DNA of 64,000 nucleotides from an uncultured Chloroflexia bacterium (GCA_963748625.1 CAVVJT010000008.1:64001-128000), one strand, 5' to 3'. Numbered from the stretch's first letter, positions 1 to 10,091 are shown. Notes: a model not told the origin generated them from the sequence alone. A program made the numbers and translations.

Positions 1-470
1 CGGACGTCGGGATCCATCGAGATGCCGGTCTCGTCGTTGGAGATGGCCACGACGGCCGCGCCGTACTTCTTGACCAGCGGCAGGACGCGCTCCAGGCGTT
101 CCTCCTCACCGGTCACGGAGTTCACGAGGGCCTTGCCCTGGTAGACGGCCAGGCCGGCCTCGAGCGCTTCCACGATCGACGAGTCGATCGATAGCGGCAG
201 GTCCGTGAGCGACTGGACCAGCTGGATCGTCCTGGCGAGGATCGCGGGCTCGTCGGCGAGCGGGATGCCGGCGTTCACGTCGAGCATGTGGGCGCCCGCC
301 GCGACCTGGGCGAGCACGTCCGATTCGACACGGCTGAAGTCGCCCGCGGCCATCTCCGCGGCCAGGACCTTGCGGCCCGTGGGGTTGATGCGCTCGCCGA
401 TGATGGCGAAGGGCCGGTCGTCGCCGATCACGACCGTGCGGGTCGCCGACGAGACGATGGTGTGAGCCAA
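1..470 (-). CDS. Methyltetrahydrofolate:corrinoid methyltransferase (pterin-binding domain); 5' part only, runs off window
   Basis: Manual translation from TTG at 470 (GGAGG upstream): AHTIVSSATRTVVIGDDRPFAIIGERINPTGRK...MLDVNAG...PLSIDSS...LVNSVTGE, the motifs of MetH pterin-binding/AcsE-like proteins. Not in the ORF track because it is truncated. Confidence 0.9.
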   Translation of the reverse strand, partial: MAHTIVSSATRTVVIGDDRPFAIIGERINPTGRKVLAAEMAAGDFSRVESDVLAQVAAGAHMLDVNAGIPLADEPAILARTIQLVQSLTDLPLSIDSSIVEALEAGLAVYQGKALVNSVTGEEERLERVLPLVKKYGAAVVAISNDETGISMDPDV

Positions 471-578
471 CGCGGAAGCCTCCTGGGGCCTGGAGCGGTA
501 GCGGTGGCGCGGGGACGGCGCCGGCCTCTGGTTGCGGAGCGGCCCGGCCGTGACGACCGGGCCCCGGAGCGGTTCGGG

Positions 579-1253
579 CTAGGCGACGAGTCTGGTCGCG
601 GTCTCGGCGGCCACCGCGGCGTCGCGGCAGTACGCGTCGGCGCCGACGGCGTTGGCGAAGTCCTCGTTGAGGGGCGCGCCGCCGACCATCACGATGTACT
701 TGTCGCGCAGGCCGCGCTCCTTGAGCGTGTCGATGACGACCTTCATGTACGGCATCGTCGTGGTCAGCAACGCCGACATCCCCAGGATGTTGGGCTGGTG
801 CTCCTCGAGCGCCGCCAGGAACTTGTCGGCGTCGGTGTTGATGCCGAGGTCGATGACCTCGAAGCCCGCGCCCTCGAGCATCATGCCCACGAGGTTCTTG
901 CCGATGTCGTGGATGTCGCCCTTGACCGTACCGATGACGACCTTGCCCACAGGCTTGGCACCTGTCTCGGCGAGCAGCGGACGCAGGATCGCCATGCCCT
1001 TCTTCATCGCGTTGGCGGCGAGCAGAACCTCGGGGACGAACAGGATGCCGTCGCGGAAGTCCACGCCGACGATCCGCATGCCCTCGACGAGGGCCTCGTT
1101 GAGGACCCGGCTGGGGCTCCAGCCGCGGCCGAGGAGGATGTTGGTGCCCGCGGTGACCTCATCGGCCAGGCCGTCGTACAGATCGTTGTGCATCTGCTCG
1201 ACGAGCTCCTCGTCGGACAGGCTGGCGAGGTCGAGCTCCTGGTCGTCGGTCAT
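579..1253 (-). CDS. Corrinoid (B12-binding) methyl-carrier protein
   Basis: C-terminal part of ORF 579..3383. ATG 1253 with AAGGAGG; cap domain (FVPEVLLAA), GDIHDIGKNLV B12 motif, SALLTTT, VGGAP. Confidence 0.95.
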   Translation of the reverse strand: MTDDQELDLASLSDEELVEQMHNDLYDGLADEVTAGTNILLGRGWSPSRVLNEALVEGMRIVGVDFRDGILFVPEVLLAANAMKKGMAILRPLLAETGAKPVGKVVIGTVKGDIHDIGKNLVGMMLEGAGFEVIDLGINTDADKFLAALEEHQPNILGMSALLTTTMPYMKVVIDTLKERGLRDKYIVMVGGAPLNEDFANAVGADAYCRDAAVAAETATRLVA

Positions 1254-1336
1254 CCGGCGGCTCCTCCTTGAAGGCCTGGATTCCGGCCGGCGGTGGGACG
1301 TTGCCGCGGCGTCGGGGGGCGGTGCGCATTTCGTGG

Positions 1337-1371
1337 GTTCCACGATGCGGAACAATTCCGTATGATGGAAC
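1337..1371. promoter_or_regulatory. Tandem palindromic operators (GTTCC-N7-GGAAC and ATTCC-N7-GGAAC), probable IclR sites
   Basis: Two 17-bp inverted repeats in the divergent region between the corrinoid gene and iclR; the same motif recurs at 7405-7421. Confidence 0.7.
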
Positions 1372-1406
1372 AGATGGTTGCTGAAGGGTAGAGCAATGGG
1401 GGCGCC

Positions 1407-2168
1407 ATGGCAAGAGTCCAATCGATCGAGCGGGCATTCGACGTGCTCGGCGCGCTCGGCAATGGGCCGCTCGGCGTGACCGGGATCGCGGACCGGGTCG
1501 GCCTGCCGAAGTCGACGGTCGCACGCCTGCTCGACGCGCTGGTCGCCGAGGGCGCGGTGGAGCAGCTCACCGACGGCACCGACTACCGGATCGGGGAACG
1601 ACTCGTGTCCCTGGCGGCGGGCGTCCAGCCCACCCGTTCGCTGATCGCGCTGGCGCGGCCGCACCTGGTCTCCCTGGCTGCCGCGACGGGCGAGGCGTGC
1701 GGCCTGTCGATCGCCGATGGGGACCTGGTCCATTACGTGGACCAGGAGGACAGCCCGCACCCGGTCTCGATCCGGGACTGGACGGGCACCCGCTTCCCGA
1801 TGCACGCCGTGTCCGCCGGTGTGGTGATCCTCGCGCATCGCCGGCCCGACCAGGTGGAGCGGTACCTGGCGGGTCCGCTCGAGCGGCTGACCGGTGCGAC
1901 CGTCGTGGATCCTGGCGCCCTGCGGGAGCGGATCGCGCGCGCACGCGTGGACGGGTTTGCCTGGACGAGCGGGGAGGTGGCCGAGGGGATCACATCGGTC
2001 GCCGCAGCCGTCGCAGACGAGTCCGGCGAGGTGATCGGCGCCGTGCACGTCCACGGGCCGTCCTACCGGTTCCCGGATCCCGAGGACGCGTCGGCCGCGA
2101 GGTCCGTGGAGGTCTGGGTGGTCGCGACGGCAGCGTCGGTCGCGGGGAGCCTCCGCCGGGCCGGCTGA
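1407..2168 (+). CDS. IclR family transcriptional regulator
   Basis: VQSIERAFDVL...GLPKSTVARLL HTH, plus effector domain (PMHAVSAG, GITSVAAAV, GPSYR). Confidence 0.95.
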   Translation: MARVQSIERAFDVLGALGNGPLGVTGIADRVGLPKSTVARLLDALVAEGAVEQLTDGTDYRIGERLVSLAAGVQPTRSLIALARPHLVSLAAATGEACGLSIADGDLVHYVDQEDSPHPVSIRDWTGTRFPMHAVSAGVVILAHRRPDQVERYLAGPLERLTGATVVDPGALRERIARARVDGFAWTSGEVAEGITSVAAAVADESGEVIGAVHVHGPSYRFPDPEDASAARSVEVWVVATAASVAGSLRRAG

Positions 2169-2267
2169 CCAGGTCTCGAGGTGCGGCGCTCGGGACGCCC
2201 ACGGGAGCGGTACGCGATCCCGGAGTGGGCGATGATCGCTCTCACACGCCGCAACGGAGAAGGACCC

Positions 2268-3425
2268 ATGGGCGCGATCGAGGAAGTGATCCGCCACCAG
2301 CTCGACGTGCGCCCGGAGCGCCTCGACCCTGTGCCGGGCAGACCGACCATGAAGGCGGTCGTCACCACCGGCAACGGGGGCCTTGACCGCCTCGTGTACC
2401 GCGATGTCGCGCTCCCCGTGCCCGGCCCCGGCGAGGTCCTTATTCATGTGCTCGCTGCCGGCGTGAACAACACCGAGATCAACACGCGTCTCGGCTGGTA
2501 CTCGTCGTCGGTGACCACCGGCACGGGCGCGGCCTGGGAGGCGGAGGAGCACTGGGCCGTCCAGAAGGCCGACGGCGGTTGGAGCACCCCGACGCCGTTC
2601 CCCTTCATCCAGGGGACGGACTGCTGCGGTCGGGTGGTGGAGCTGGGCCAGGGCGTGGACCCGGACCTGATCGGGAAGCGCATCCTCGTCCGGCCCAACA
2701 TGCGGCCCGACGGCTTCGGGTCCCTGCGCAACGTCTGGATGGCGTCGGAGTTCGACGGTGCCTTCGCCCAGTTCGTGAAGGCGCCCGCGTCCGAGGTCTT
2801 CCCGGTGGAGAGCACCTGGACGGACGTCGAGCTCGGCTCGATCCCGTGCTCCTATGCGACCGCCGAGAACATGATCCACCGGGCGGGTGTCGCAGCCGGC
2901 GACCATGTCCTCGTCACCGGCGCCAGCGGCGGCGTGGGGTCGGCGGCCGTCCAGCTCGCGCGACGCCGCGGCGCCCGGGTCACCGCCATCGCCGCCCGCG
3001 ACAAGGCCGACGCGATCCTCGCCCTGGGCGCAGAGCACGTCCTCGACCGCCACGACGACGTCCTCGCTGCGCTCGGTGTCGAGTCCGTGGACGTCGTGGT
3101 CGACGCCGTCGGCGGGTCCCAGCTCGGCGCGCGGATCGAGACCCTCCTGACCGGCGGGCGCTATGCCATCGCCGGCGCGATCAGCGGCCCGATGGTGATG
3201 CTCGACGCGCGGTCGCTCTACCTGCGCGACATCACCCTGATCGGCTGCACGGCCTGGGACGAGCCAGTCTTCCCGAACCTCGTGGGCTACATCGAGCGTG
3301 GCGAGATCCGTCCGCTCGTCGCGGAGGTGTTCCCGCTGGCCGACATCGCCGCCGCCCAGACCGAGTTCCTCGCGAAGCGGCACGTGGGCAAGCTCGTCCT
3401 CGTGCCGCCGCCCCTGGAGGGATGA
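2268..3425 (+). CDS. Medium-chain dehydrogenase/reductase (alcohol dehydrogenase / quinone oxidoreductase-like)
   Basis: GroES-like domain (EVLIHVLAAGVNNTE, IQGTDCCG), VTGASGGVG Rossmann motif, terminal GKLVL; ATG 2268 with GGAGAAGG. Confidence 0.9.
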   Translation: MGAIEEVIRHQLDVRPERLDPVPGRPTMKAVVTTGNGGLDRLVYRDVALPVPGPGEVLIHVLAAGVNNTEINTRLGWYSSSVTTGTGAAWEAEEHWAVQKADGGWSTPTPFPFIQGTDCCGRVVELGQGVDPDLIGKRILVRPNMRPDGFGSLRNVWMASEFDGAFAQFVKAPASEVFPVESTWTDVELGSIPCSYATAENMIHRAGVAAGDHVLVTGASGGVGSAAVQLARRRGARVTAIAARDKADAILALGAEHVLDRHDDVLAALGVESVDVVVDAVGGSQLGARIETLLTGGRYAIAGAISGPMVMLDARSLYLRDITLIGCTAWDEPVFPNLVGYIERGEIRPLVAEVFPLADIAAAQTEFLAKRHVGKLVLVPPPLEG

Positions 3426-3429
3426 CCGC

Positions 3430-4611
3430 TCAGTTGAGGGGCAGCCGCCGGTAGTGGCCGTCGCTCCAGGGGTCCGTGAAGTGGTTCATCGGCCCGTGCT
3501 CCACGTAGTGCTGGTGCCAGCGGGCCATCCCCTCGCGGTCCAGCTCAACCCCGAGGCCCGGTCCCTCCGGGACGCGGATCACGTTGTCGGTCTGGCGGAA
3601 CGGCCCGTTGACGATCACGTCGCCCACCTGCCATCGGAACAGCGACTGGCTGGGCTCCGTGATGTGGGGCATCGCCGCCACCATGTGCAGGTAGGCGGCA
3701 GTGCAGATCCCGGCATCGCCGCTGTAGCACCAGAAGCCCACGCCCATGGCCTCGCAGGCGCCGATGAACCGGACCGCCCGCGAGATCCCTCCCAGCACCG
3801 CGAAGTTCACGACGATCGTGTCCGGCACGCCGAGCGCGACCGCGCGGCGCAGGTCCGGCACGTGGCTGGAGAACGGGATCGAGGAGTGCTGGCGGAGCGC
3901 CGCCATCTCCTCCCAGGTGCCGACCGGGTCCTCGTAGTTGCGGACGTCGTATGGCTCGAGCTCGCGCAGAACCCGCCGCGCGGTGGTCAGCGACCACTGC
4001 ATGTTGGAGTCGAGGCGAATCATGGCCTTGGGCCCGAGCGCCTCGCGCATGCGCCGGACGGTCTCGACCTCGAGGTCGGGATCGCCCAGGATGAGCTTGC
4101 CCTCGAAGAACGTCGAGCCGTGCTCCTCGCGCATCCGGAGGCAGTAGTCCACGACGGCCTCGGGCGTCATCTCGGCGGGCGTCCCGTCGGCCATGGCCCG
4201 GAAGGAGAAGTACTCGGTGAAGGGGATGTCCTTGCGGACCGCTCCACCGAGCAACTGGTAGAGCGGCTGGCCCCACGCCTTGCCGCGCAGGTCCCACAGC
4301 GCGATCTCGAGCGCGCCGAATGCGCGCACGACGGCGTTGCCGTCGGTGTTCTGGACGATCTGCCAGGGCGGCACGCAGCGTCCCTCGAGATCGGCGATAT
4401 CGAGTGGGTCACAGCCGATGATCCGCTCGGCCAGGCCGCGCAGGGTGGGCAGCAGGTCGTCCGATGGTGCCTCGCCCAGGCCCACCAGGCCCTCGTCGGT
4501 CTCGACCTCCACGATGACCTTGCTCGTCCCCGGGTAGAGCCCGCCCGTCCACAGGAACGGCACGTCGAGCGGGATGTTGACCGGCGTCAGCCGGACCGCG
4601 GTGATCTTCAT
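3430..4611 (-). CDS. Mandelate racemase/muconate-lactonizing enzyme family protein (glucarate dehydratase-like)
   Basis: VETDEGLVGLGE, ALEIALWDLRGK..GQPLYQLLGG, RLDSN, YEDP, PEGPGLGVELD. Confidence 0.9.
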   Translation of the reverse strand: MKITAVRLTPVNIPLDVPFLWTGGLYPGTSKVIVEVETDEGLVGLGEAPSDDLLPTLRGLAERIIGCDPLDIADLEGRCVPPWQIVQNTDGNAVVRAFGALEIALWDLRGKAWGQPLYQLLGGAVRKDIPFTEYFSFRAMADGTPAEMTPEAVVDYCLRMREEHGSTFFEGKLILGDPDLEVETVRRMREALGPKAMIRLDSNMQWSLTTARRVLRELEPYDVRNYEDPVGTWEEMAALRQHSSIPFSSHVPDLRRAVALGVPDTIVVNFAVLGGISRAVRFIGACEAMGVGFWCYSGDAGICTAAYLHMVAAMPHITEPSQSLFRWQVGDVIVNGPFRQTDNVIRVPEGPGLGVELDREGMARWHQHYVEHGPMNHFTDPWSDGHYRRLPLN

Positions 4612-4705
4612 GTGTCTCGCTCCCGGCGTCGTCGCCTCGTGGCAGCTCCCGAAGGGGGGTGGCCGCCGGCGGAACGCCGCCGGCGGCCACGGGGATCGGC
4701 GGAGG

Positions 4706-7222
4706 TCAGCCGCGCATCCGCAGGTTCTCGGGATCGAACACGGCCGTCGCCCCGACGGCGGCGACGGTGACCGGGTAGAGCTCGCCGATGTACTCCACGG
4801 CCAGGGTGTTGCCCGTGACCGCCTCCTCGATCGGCAGATAGGCCATGAGCAGGTGCTTGCCCACGGACACCCCGGTGGCGGCCGTTGTCACGAACGAGCG
4901 ACGGCCCTTGCGGTCGACGAGCACGGTGCCGTCAGGCTTGCATATGGGCTCGCGGCCGAGCATGTAGCGCTTGACGCCCGAGGCCGAGGTGGTGTCCTCC
5001 ACCGCGAGCGTGCACAGCAGGCTGGCCGGTCCCTCGGCGCGCTGCGCCAGGTACGCGGCCTTGCCGATGAAGTCGGCCTCCTTCACCTTGGGCCGGGCCA
5101 TGCCGGCTTCGACCAGGGTGCGGTCCAGCTCGAGCTCGTTGCCCATGAGGCGGTAGCCCTTCTCGACCCGCAGGCTGCCACCGTAGGCCGCGAGGCCCAC
5201 CGCAACCACCCCGTGCGGTTGTCCCGCCTCCCAGAGGATGTCCCACAGGCGGGCGCCCTGCTCCATGGGGACGTGGAGCTCCCAGCCCAGCTCGCCGGCA
5301 TAGGAGATCCGGGTGGCGATCACCCTGACCGACCCGATGTCAAGCGGCAGGCAGCTTCCCCACGGCAGCGCGGCGTCCGACACGTCGTCGGTGGTGGCCG
5401 ACGCGACGAGGTCGCGGGCCCGCGGTCCCCAGACCGCGATCATCGACCATGATGTGGTCACGTCGGCGAAGTTGACCGAGCCGTCGGCGGGGAGGTGGTC
5501 GGTCATCCACTTGCGGTCGGCGTTGCCCGCGAAGCCCGCGTCCACCACGCGGAAGAGGTCATAGGCAAGGCGCATCACGACGATGTCGGCCCTGATCCCA
5601 CCGGCCTCGTTGAGCAACTGCGTGTAGACCATCCGGCCGACCGGCACGTCGACCTGGCCGACGGCCATGTGCTGGAGCCAGGCGAGGGCGCCCGGGCCCG
5701 ACACGTCCCACTCGGCGAAGGCCGGGTTCTCGACCATGCCCACGCGATCGCGCAGGGCCAGGTGCTCGGCGTTGGCGATGGGGCTCCACCAGCGGCTGTC
5801 CCACTCGTGCTCGCGGTCCATGACCCGGTCGCCATACTCGGCCAGCAGCTTCTCGTTGCTCCGGTACCAGTTGGGGCGCTCCCAGCCTGAGATCTCGACG
5901 AGCTCCGCGCCCAGGGCCACGTGCTGGGCGTGCGCGGCGCCCAGGCGGACGTTGCGGTCGGTGTCCCACTGCTCGCCGGGATGGACGATGCCGTAGAACT
6001 TGGGGAACCACTCCGCGCCCCGTGACTCGACATGGAGCGGCGTCTTCTGGGTGTCGTAGAAGCGCGCGATGTTGGCGCTGGCCGGATCCATCTCCGGCTT
6101 CCCGTCGGTCATCCACTCCGCGAGCATGCGGGTGAGGCTCGGGGCCTCCTTGATCCACATGGCCGCGCACGACCAGAGGCCCTTCACCTCGGGCGTCTCG
6201 CCGAGGAGCGGCATGCCGTCTGCGGTCAGCGAGATGAGGCCGTTGATCGCGTGCTTGATGCCCACCTTCTCGTTGCCGACGATGGCCGGGTAGAGCTCGA
6301 GGGCCTTCTCCATGTGCTCGTCGAAGTCCTCGGGGGTGAATGGCATCTCGGTCGGCGTGAGGCGCGCCTGCTCGTTGGACGGGATGTCCTCCACCGGCAC
6401 CAGGATCGAGCGGTGGGCGTACGACCCGATCTCGAGGTCGCCGCCCGCCTGGCGCTCGTACATCCGGGCGTCCATGTCCCGGATGACGGGGAAGGCGAGC
6501 GGGTTGTCGAGCGCCTCGAACTCGGGCACCGGGCCCACGTCGATCATCTGGTGCACCGCCGGCACGAGCGGGATCACCGCCCCGGCCATCGCGGCCACCT
6601 TGCGGCTCCAGACGCCGCCGCAGACGACGATGAGGTCGGCGGCGATGTGGCCCTTGGTCGTGGTGATCCCTGTGACCCGGCCACGCTCCACGTCCACGCC
6701 CAGGACCTCGGTGTTGGCCGAGACCGTGAGCGCGCCCATCTCCATGGCCCGCTCGCGCCAGATCGTTCCGGCGTAGAGCGGGTCCACCACGCCGACCATC
6801 GGCACGTGGAACCCGCCGAGGATCTTGGTGTCGTCCAGGAAGGGCATCAGGTCCCGGACGCCGGCCGGGCCGAGCAGCTCGGCGTCCACCCCGTACGCGT
6901 GTGCCGCGGACAGCCGCCGGCGGAGCTCGTGCATCCGCTCCTCGGTCCGGGCGACCTCGATCCCGCCGCACCGGGTGAACACGCCCATGTCCGTGAACTG
7001 CCCGATCCCGTCGAGGCACCACTCGGTCATCTGGCGCGAGTACTCGACCGGGAAGGTGAAGGACGAGGCGTGGCCGGTGGAGCCGCCCGGGTTGGGCAGC
7101 GGACCCTTGTCCAACTGGACCATGTCCCGCCAGCCGAGGCGGGCCAGGTGGTACGCGAGACCGTTCCCGGCGATGCCGGCGCCCACGATGACGACCCGAG
7201 CCTGGGTCGGCAGTTCACTCAT
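4706..7222 (-). CDS. GcvT-family FAD-dependent oxidoreductase (dimethylglycine/sarcosine oxidase-dehydrogenase type)
   Basis: IVGAGIAG FAD motif, GGSTGHAS flavinylation motif, GWERP, SYAGELGWEL, LRVEKGY THF-binding domain. Confidence 0.93.
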   Translation of the reverse strand: MSELPTQARVVIVGAGIAGNGLAYHLARLGWRDMVQLDKGPLPNPGGSTGHASSFTFPVEYSRQMTEWCLDGIGQFTDMGVFTRCGGIEVARTEERMHELRRRLSAAHAYGVDAELLGPAGVRDLMPFLDDTKILGGFHVPMVGVVDPLYAGTIWRERAMEMGALTVSANTEVLGVDVERGRVTGITTTKGHIAADLIVVCGGVWSRKVAAMAGAVIPLVPAVHQMIDVGPVPEFEALDNPLAFPVIRDMDARMYERQAGGDLEIGSYAHRSILVPVEDIPSNEQARLTPTEMPFTPEDFDEHMEKALELYPAIVGNEKVGIKHAINGLISLTADGMPLLGETPEVKGLWSCAAMWIKEAPSLTRMLAEWMTDGKPEMDPASANIARFYDTQKTPLHVESRGAEWFPKFYGIVHPGEQWDTDRNVRLGAAHAQHVALGAELVEISGWERPNWYRSNEKLLAEYGDRVMDREHEWDSRWWSPIANAEHLALRDRVGMVENPAFAEWDVSGPGALAWLQHMAVGQVDVPVGRMVYTQLLNEAGGIRADIVVMRLAYDLFRVVDAGFAGNADRKWMTDHLPADGSVNFADVTTSWSMIAVWGPRARDLVASATTDDVSDAALPWGSCLPLDIGSVRVIATRISYAGELGWELHVPMEQGARLWDILWEAGQPHGVVAVGLAAYGGSLRVEKGYRLMGNELELDRTLVEAGMARPKVKEADFIGKAAYLAQRAEGPASLLCTLAVEDTTSASGVKRYMLGREPICKPDGTVLVDRKGRRSFVTTAATGVSVGKHLLMAYLPIEEAVTGNTLAVEYIGELYPVTVAAVGATAVFDPENLRMRG

Positions 7223-7401
7223 CGTCGTTTCCTCACCTGCGGGGGACCTGAGGCGCGCCTCCCATAACCGGGTACGAGGCGGGCGACGGCGGCATTCTGG
7301 CAGCATGCGGGCGTCGCAAGCGCAGCGATTTCCGGTCCCCGCGCGCCAAGCCCTGCACGAATGGCGATGGGAGTTCCGGCGAGCCGTTGCAACGCTGCCA
7401 A

Positions 7402-7424
7402 ATCGTTCCGGATTGCGGAACGAT
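7402..7424. promoter_or_regulatory. Perfect palindrome ATCGTTCCG-GATTG-CGGAACGAT, probable IclR operator upstream of the 7222 dehydrogenase
   Basis: 9-bp arms; the core matches GTTCC-N7-GGAAC at 1337-1353. Confidence 0.7.
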
Positions 7425-7441
7425 GGCGACGATGCCGGGGG

Positions 7442-8191
7442 TCAGGGCTCCGCCCGCAGCACGGCCGACATCCGACCCGCCGCGTCGGCCACCAGGCGCC
7501 CGATCCCGTCCCTGCGGCCGGGGGGCGGGAAACGGAACGAGGGACCGTGCAGGCCGATGGAGCACACGAACCGCCCGCTCGCGTCGGCAACCCCGGCTGC
7601 CACCGACGTCAGGCCTTCGTGCGCTTCGCCGACCACCCACGCGTAGCGGGCCTCCACGATCGCGCGCAGCCGCCAGCGCAGGACGTTCGGGTCGGTGATC
7701 GTGGCCAGCGTGGCCGCCTCCAGCCGCTCGGACAGATAGGCGGCCATCTCAGCGTCGCTGTAGCTGGTCAGCAGGACCTGGCCGCCGGACGTCTGGTGCA
7801 TCGGGATGCGGGAGCCGGTCCAGTCCCGGACCGAGATCTCGTGGCTCCCTCCGACCTGGTCGATGAACAGGGTCTGGCGTCCGTCGGGGAGCCCGAGCAT
7901 GGCGATCTCACCGGTTGCCTCGGCGATCTCCGTGAGGAACGGCCGGGCGATCGACACGAGCCGCTGGGCGGGTTGCAGGCCCCGCGCGAGCTGCCGCATG
8001 CGTGGTCCGACGTGATAGTGCCCGCCCGAGAGCTGCTCCACGGCCTGCTGGTCCTTGAGGGCTGCCAGGATTCGGGCGGTGGTGGACTTCGGCAGCCCGA
8101 CGCGACGGGCGATCTCGCTGACCCCGAGCGGGCCGCCGCCGAGCGCTTCGAGGATGGCGAACGCCCGGTCAACCGACTGGACGTGCGCCAT
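7442..8191 (-). CDS. IclR family transcriptional regulator (paralog of 1407..2168)
   Basis: MAHVQSVDRAF...GLPKSTTARIL; shares the RDWTG, PMH and GPS.RFP segments with the first IclR. Confidence 0.95.
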   Translation of the reverse strand: MAHVQSVDRAFAILEALGGGPLGVSEIARRVGLPKSTTARILAALKDQQAVEQLSGGHYHVGPRMRQLARGLQPAQRLVSIARPFLTEIAEATGEIAMLGLPDGRQTLFIDQVGGSHEISVRDWTGSRIPMHQTSGGQVLLTSYSDAEMAAYLSERLEAATLATITDPNVLRWRLRAIVEARYAWVVGEAHEGLTSVAAGVADASGRFVCSIGLHGPSFRFPPPGRRDGIGRLVADAAGRMSAVLRAEP

Positions 8192-8327
8192 CGACTCCTC
8201 CACGTTCGGTGTTGCCGGCGCCTGCCGGGCCGGGGATCGCCATTGTGACCGACCGCAGGCCGTCCGCGAACCCAGGCGTGGCGGCGTGGCGGGGCGGCCC
8301 GGACCACCCCCCCGACCCCGCCTCGTT

Positions 8328-9299
8328 TCAGGTCTTCCTGGATCGGAGCTCCGCGGCGAGCGCAGGCGCCACCTCGAACATGTCGCCCACGACGAACAAG
8401 TCCGCGATCTCGGCCATGGGGGCCTCCGGGTCCTTGTTCACGGCCACGATCGCGTCGGAGCGCTGCATGCCCACGCGGTGCTGCATCGCCCCCGAGACCC
8501 CGAGCGCGACGTACAGGGCCGGCTTCACCATCTTCCCGGTCTGGCCCACCTGGCGGGCATACGGGATCCAGCCGGCGTCCACCGCCGCCCGTGAGGCGCC
8601 CACCACGCCGCCAAGGGCGTCCGCAAGATCCTCCACGACGCGGAAGCCTTCCTCGCTGCCCACGCCGCGCCCGCCGGTGACCACGACGCGGGCGTCCTCG
8701 AGCGACACCTGCGAACCTGCCTCCGCCACCCGGTCACGGACCGCGACGGTCGTCCCGACGGGTCCCGCCGGCTCTCGAGCCTCCACGGTCCCGGTGGTGC
8801 CGGCGGGCTGCGCGGTGATCGAGGTGGGCCGTACGGTGATGACGCCGCACGGGCCGGTGATCGTGCTCCGGACGATGGCCTTGCCCGCGAGCACCAGGGA
8901 GGAGATCTCCGGGGCGCCGTCCACCCAGGTGGCTCCGTCGGCGTTGGCGAGATAGCCCCAGCCCGTGCGCGCGAGCAGGGCGCCCGCGACGTCGCGGCTG
9001 TCGGTGCCGGCGCCGAGAATCACGTGTGTCACGCCCTCGTCCACGAGCCGCAGCACCTCGGCGAGCACGTGGGCTGCCGGGAGCTGGTCCGCCAGCGCGG
9101 GCACCGGGACGGCCACGACGCGCGGCAGGTACGTGGCGAGCTCGGCTGCGGCGACGGTGGGGTCCGGCGCGACCACGAGGCCGAGCACCGGTGCGCCGGC
9201 CTGTGCGGCCAGTGACCGGGCGAGCGTGGCCGCCTCGGCCGACAGGCGGGTGAGGTCGCCGTCGGCGACCTCGGCGACGGCGAGGATCACGGGGGGCAT
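8328..9299 (-). CDS. etfA: Electron transfer flavoprotein subunit alpha
   Basis: GGRGVG, GASRAAVDAGW, QVGQTGK, GVSGAMQH, AVNKDPEAP. Confidence 0.96.
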   Translation of the reverse strand: MPPVILAVAEVADGDLTRLSAEAATLARSLAAQAGAPVLGLVVAPDPTVAAAELATYLPRVVAVPVPALADQLPAAHVLAEVLRLVDEGVTHVILGAGTDSRDVAGALLARTGWGYLANADGATWVDGAPEISSLVLAGKAIVRSTITGPCGVITVRPTSITAQPAGTTGTVEAREPAGPVGTTVAVRDRVAEAGSQVSLEDARVVVTGGRGVGSEEGFRVVEDLADALGGVVGASRAAVDAGWIPYARQVGQTGKMVKPALYVALGVSGAMQHRVGMQRSDAIVAVNKDPEAPMAEIADLFVVGDMFEVAPALAAELRSRKT

Positions 9300-10084
9300 C
9301 AGATGATCCTCCGGTCAGCGAGGAAGTCGGCGATCTCACGTGCCGCGTCGGCTGCGGGCAGGTTGATGACCCGGCCCGCGGCCCGGGCGGGCGGTGGCTC
9401 CACGGCCACCACGGAGCTGGTCCAGGCGCCGTCCGCCGGGGCCAGCCCGTCTCCGAGATCGGCCAGGGACAGGCGCCGGATCTCGCGGGTCCGGGCCGCC
9501 ATGATCCCCTTGAGCGACGGGTAGCGCGGCGTGCCGAGCGCCTGGGTCCCGGTCACGACGGCCGGCATCGGGGCTTCGACAAGGTCGTACCCCTTCGCCG
9601 AGAGGCGGCGGACCTGGACGTGTCCGGCCGCCGGATCGGGCTCGATGCGCGCCGCGGCCGACAGCAGCGGCAGGCCGAGCAGCGAGGCCACCCCCGCCGC
9701 CACCACACCGCCCCCGCCGTCGGAGGTCTCGAGACCGGCGAGCAGGAGGTCGAACTCCTCCGTTCGCACGGCCGCGGCGAGGACGCGGATGGTCGTGGGG
9801 ACGTCGGCGCCGGCGAGGGCGTCGTCACACACGAGCACGCCGCGCTGGGCCCCCATCGCGAGCGCCTTGCGCATGGTGTCGATCCCATGCCCGGGCGCCA
9901 TGGTCAGGATGGCCACCTCACCGCCGTGCGCCTCCACGAGCTGCAGGGCAGCTTCGAGCGCGTACTCGTCATTGCCGTTGACGACGTTCGGCGAGGATGT
10001 CCGGTCGAGCCGGTTGTCAGGGCCCAGCTTCTCCGCCGCAATGGCGGTGTCCGGGACGGGCTTGGTCAGGACAAGGATGCGCAT
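9299..10084 (-). CDS. etfB: Electron transfer flavoprotein subunit beta
   Basis: KPVPD, DEYALEAAL, ALAMGA, PRYPSLKGIM; coupled to etfA. Confidence 0.95.
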   Translation of the reverse strand: MRILVLTKPVPDTAIAAEKLGPDNRLDRTSSPNVVNGNDEYALEAALQLVEAHGGEVAILTMAPGHGIDTMRKALAMGAQRGVLVCDDALAGADVPTTIRVLAAAVRTEEFDLLLAGLETSDGGGGVVAAGVASLLGLPLLSAAARIEPDPAAGHVQVRRLSAKGYDLVEAPMPAVVTGTQALGTPRYPSLKGIMAARTREIRRLSLADLGDGLAPADGAWTSSVVAVEPPPARAAGRVINLPAADAAREIADFLADRRII

Positions 10085-10091
10085 CGCCGGT

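Noticed and set aside
7223-7400. Riboswitch or sigma54 promoter in the dehydrogenase leader
   Set aside because: TGGC-TTGC spacing is wrong for sigma54, and no glycine, THF, SAM or cobalamin aptamer core was recognisable by eye; a covariance-model scan would be decisive.
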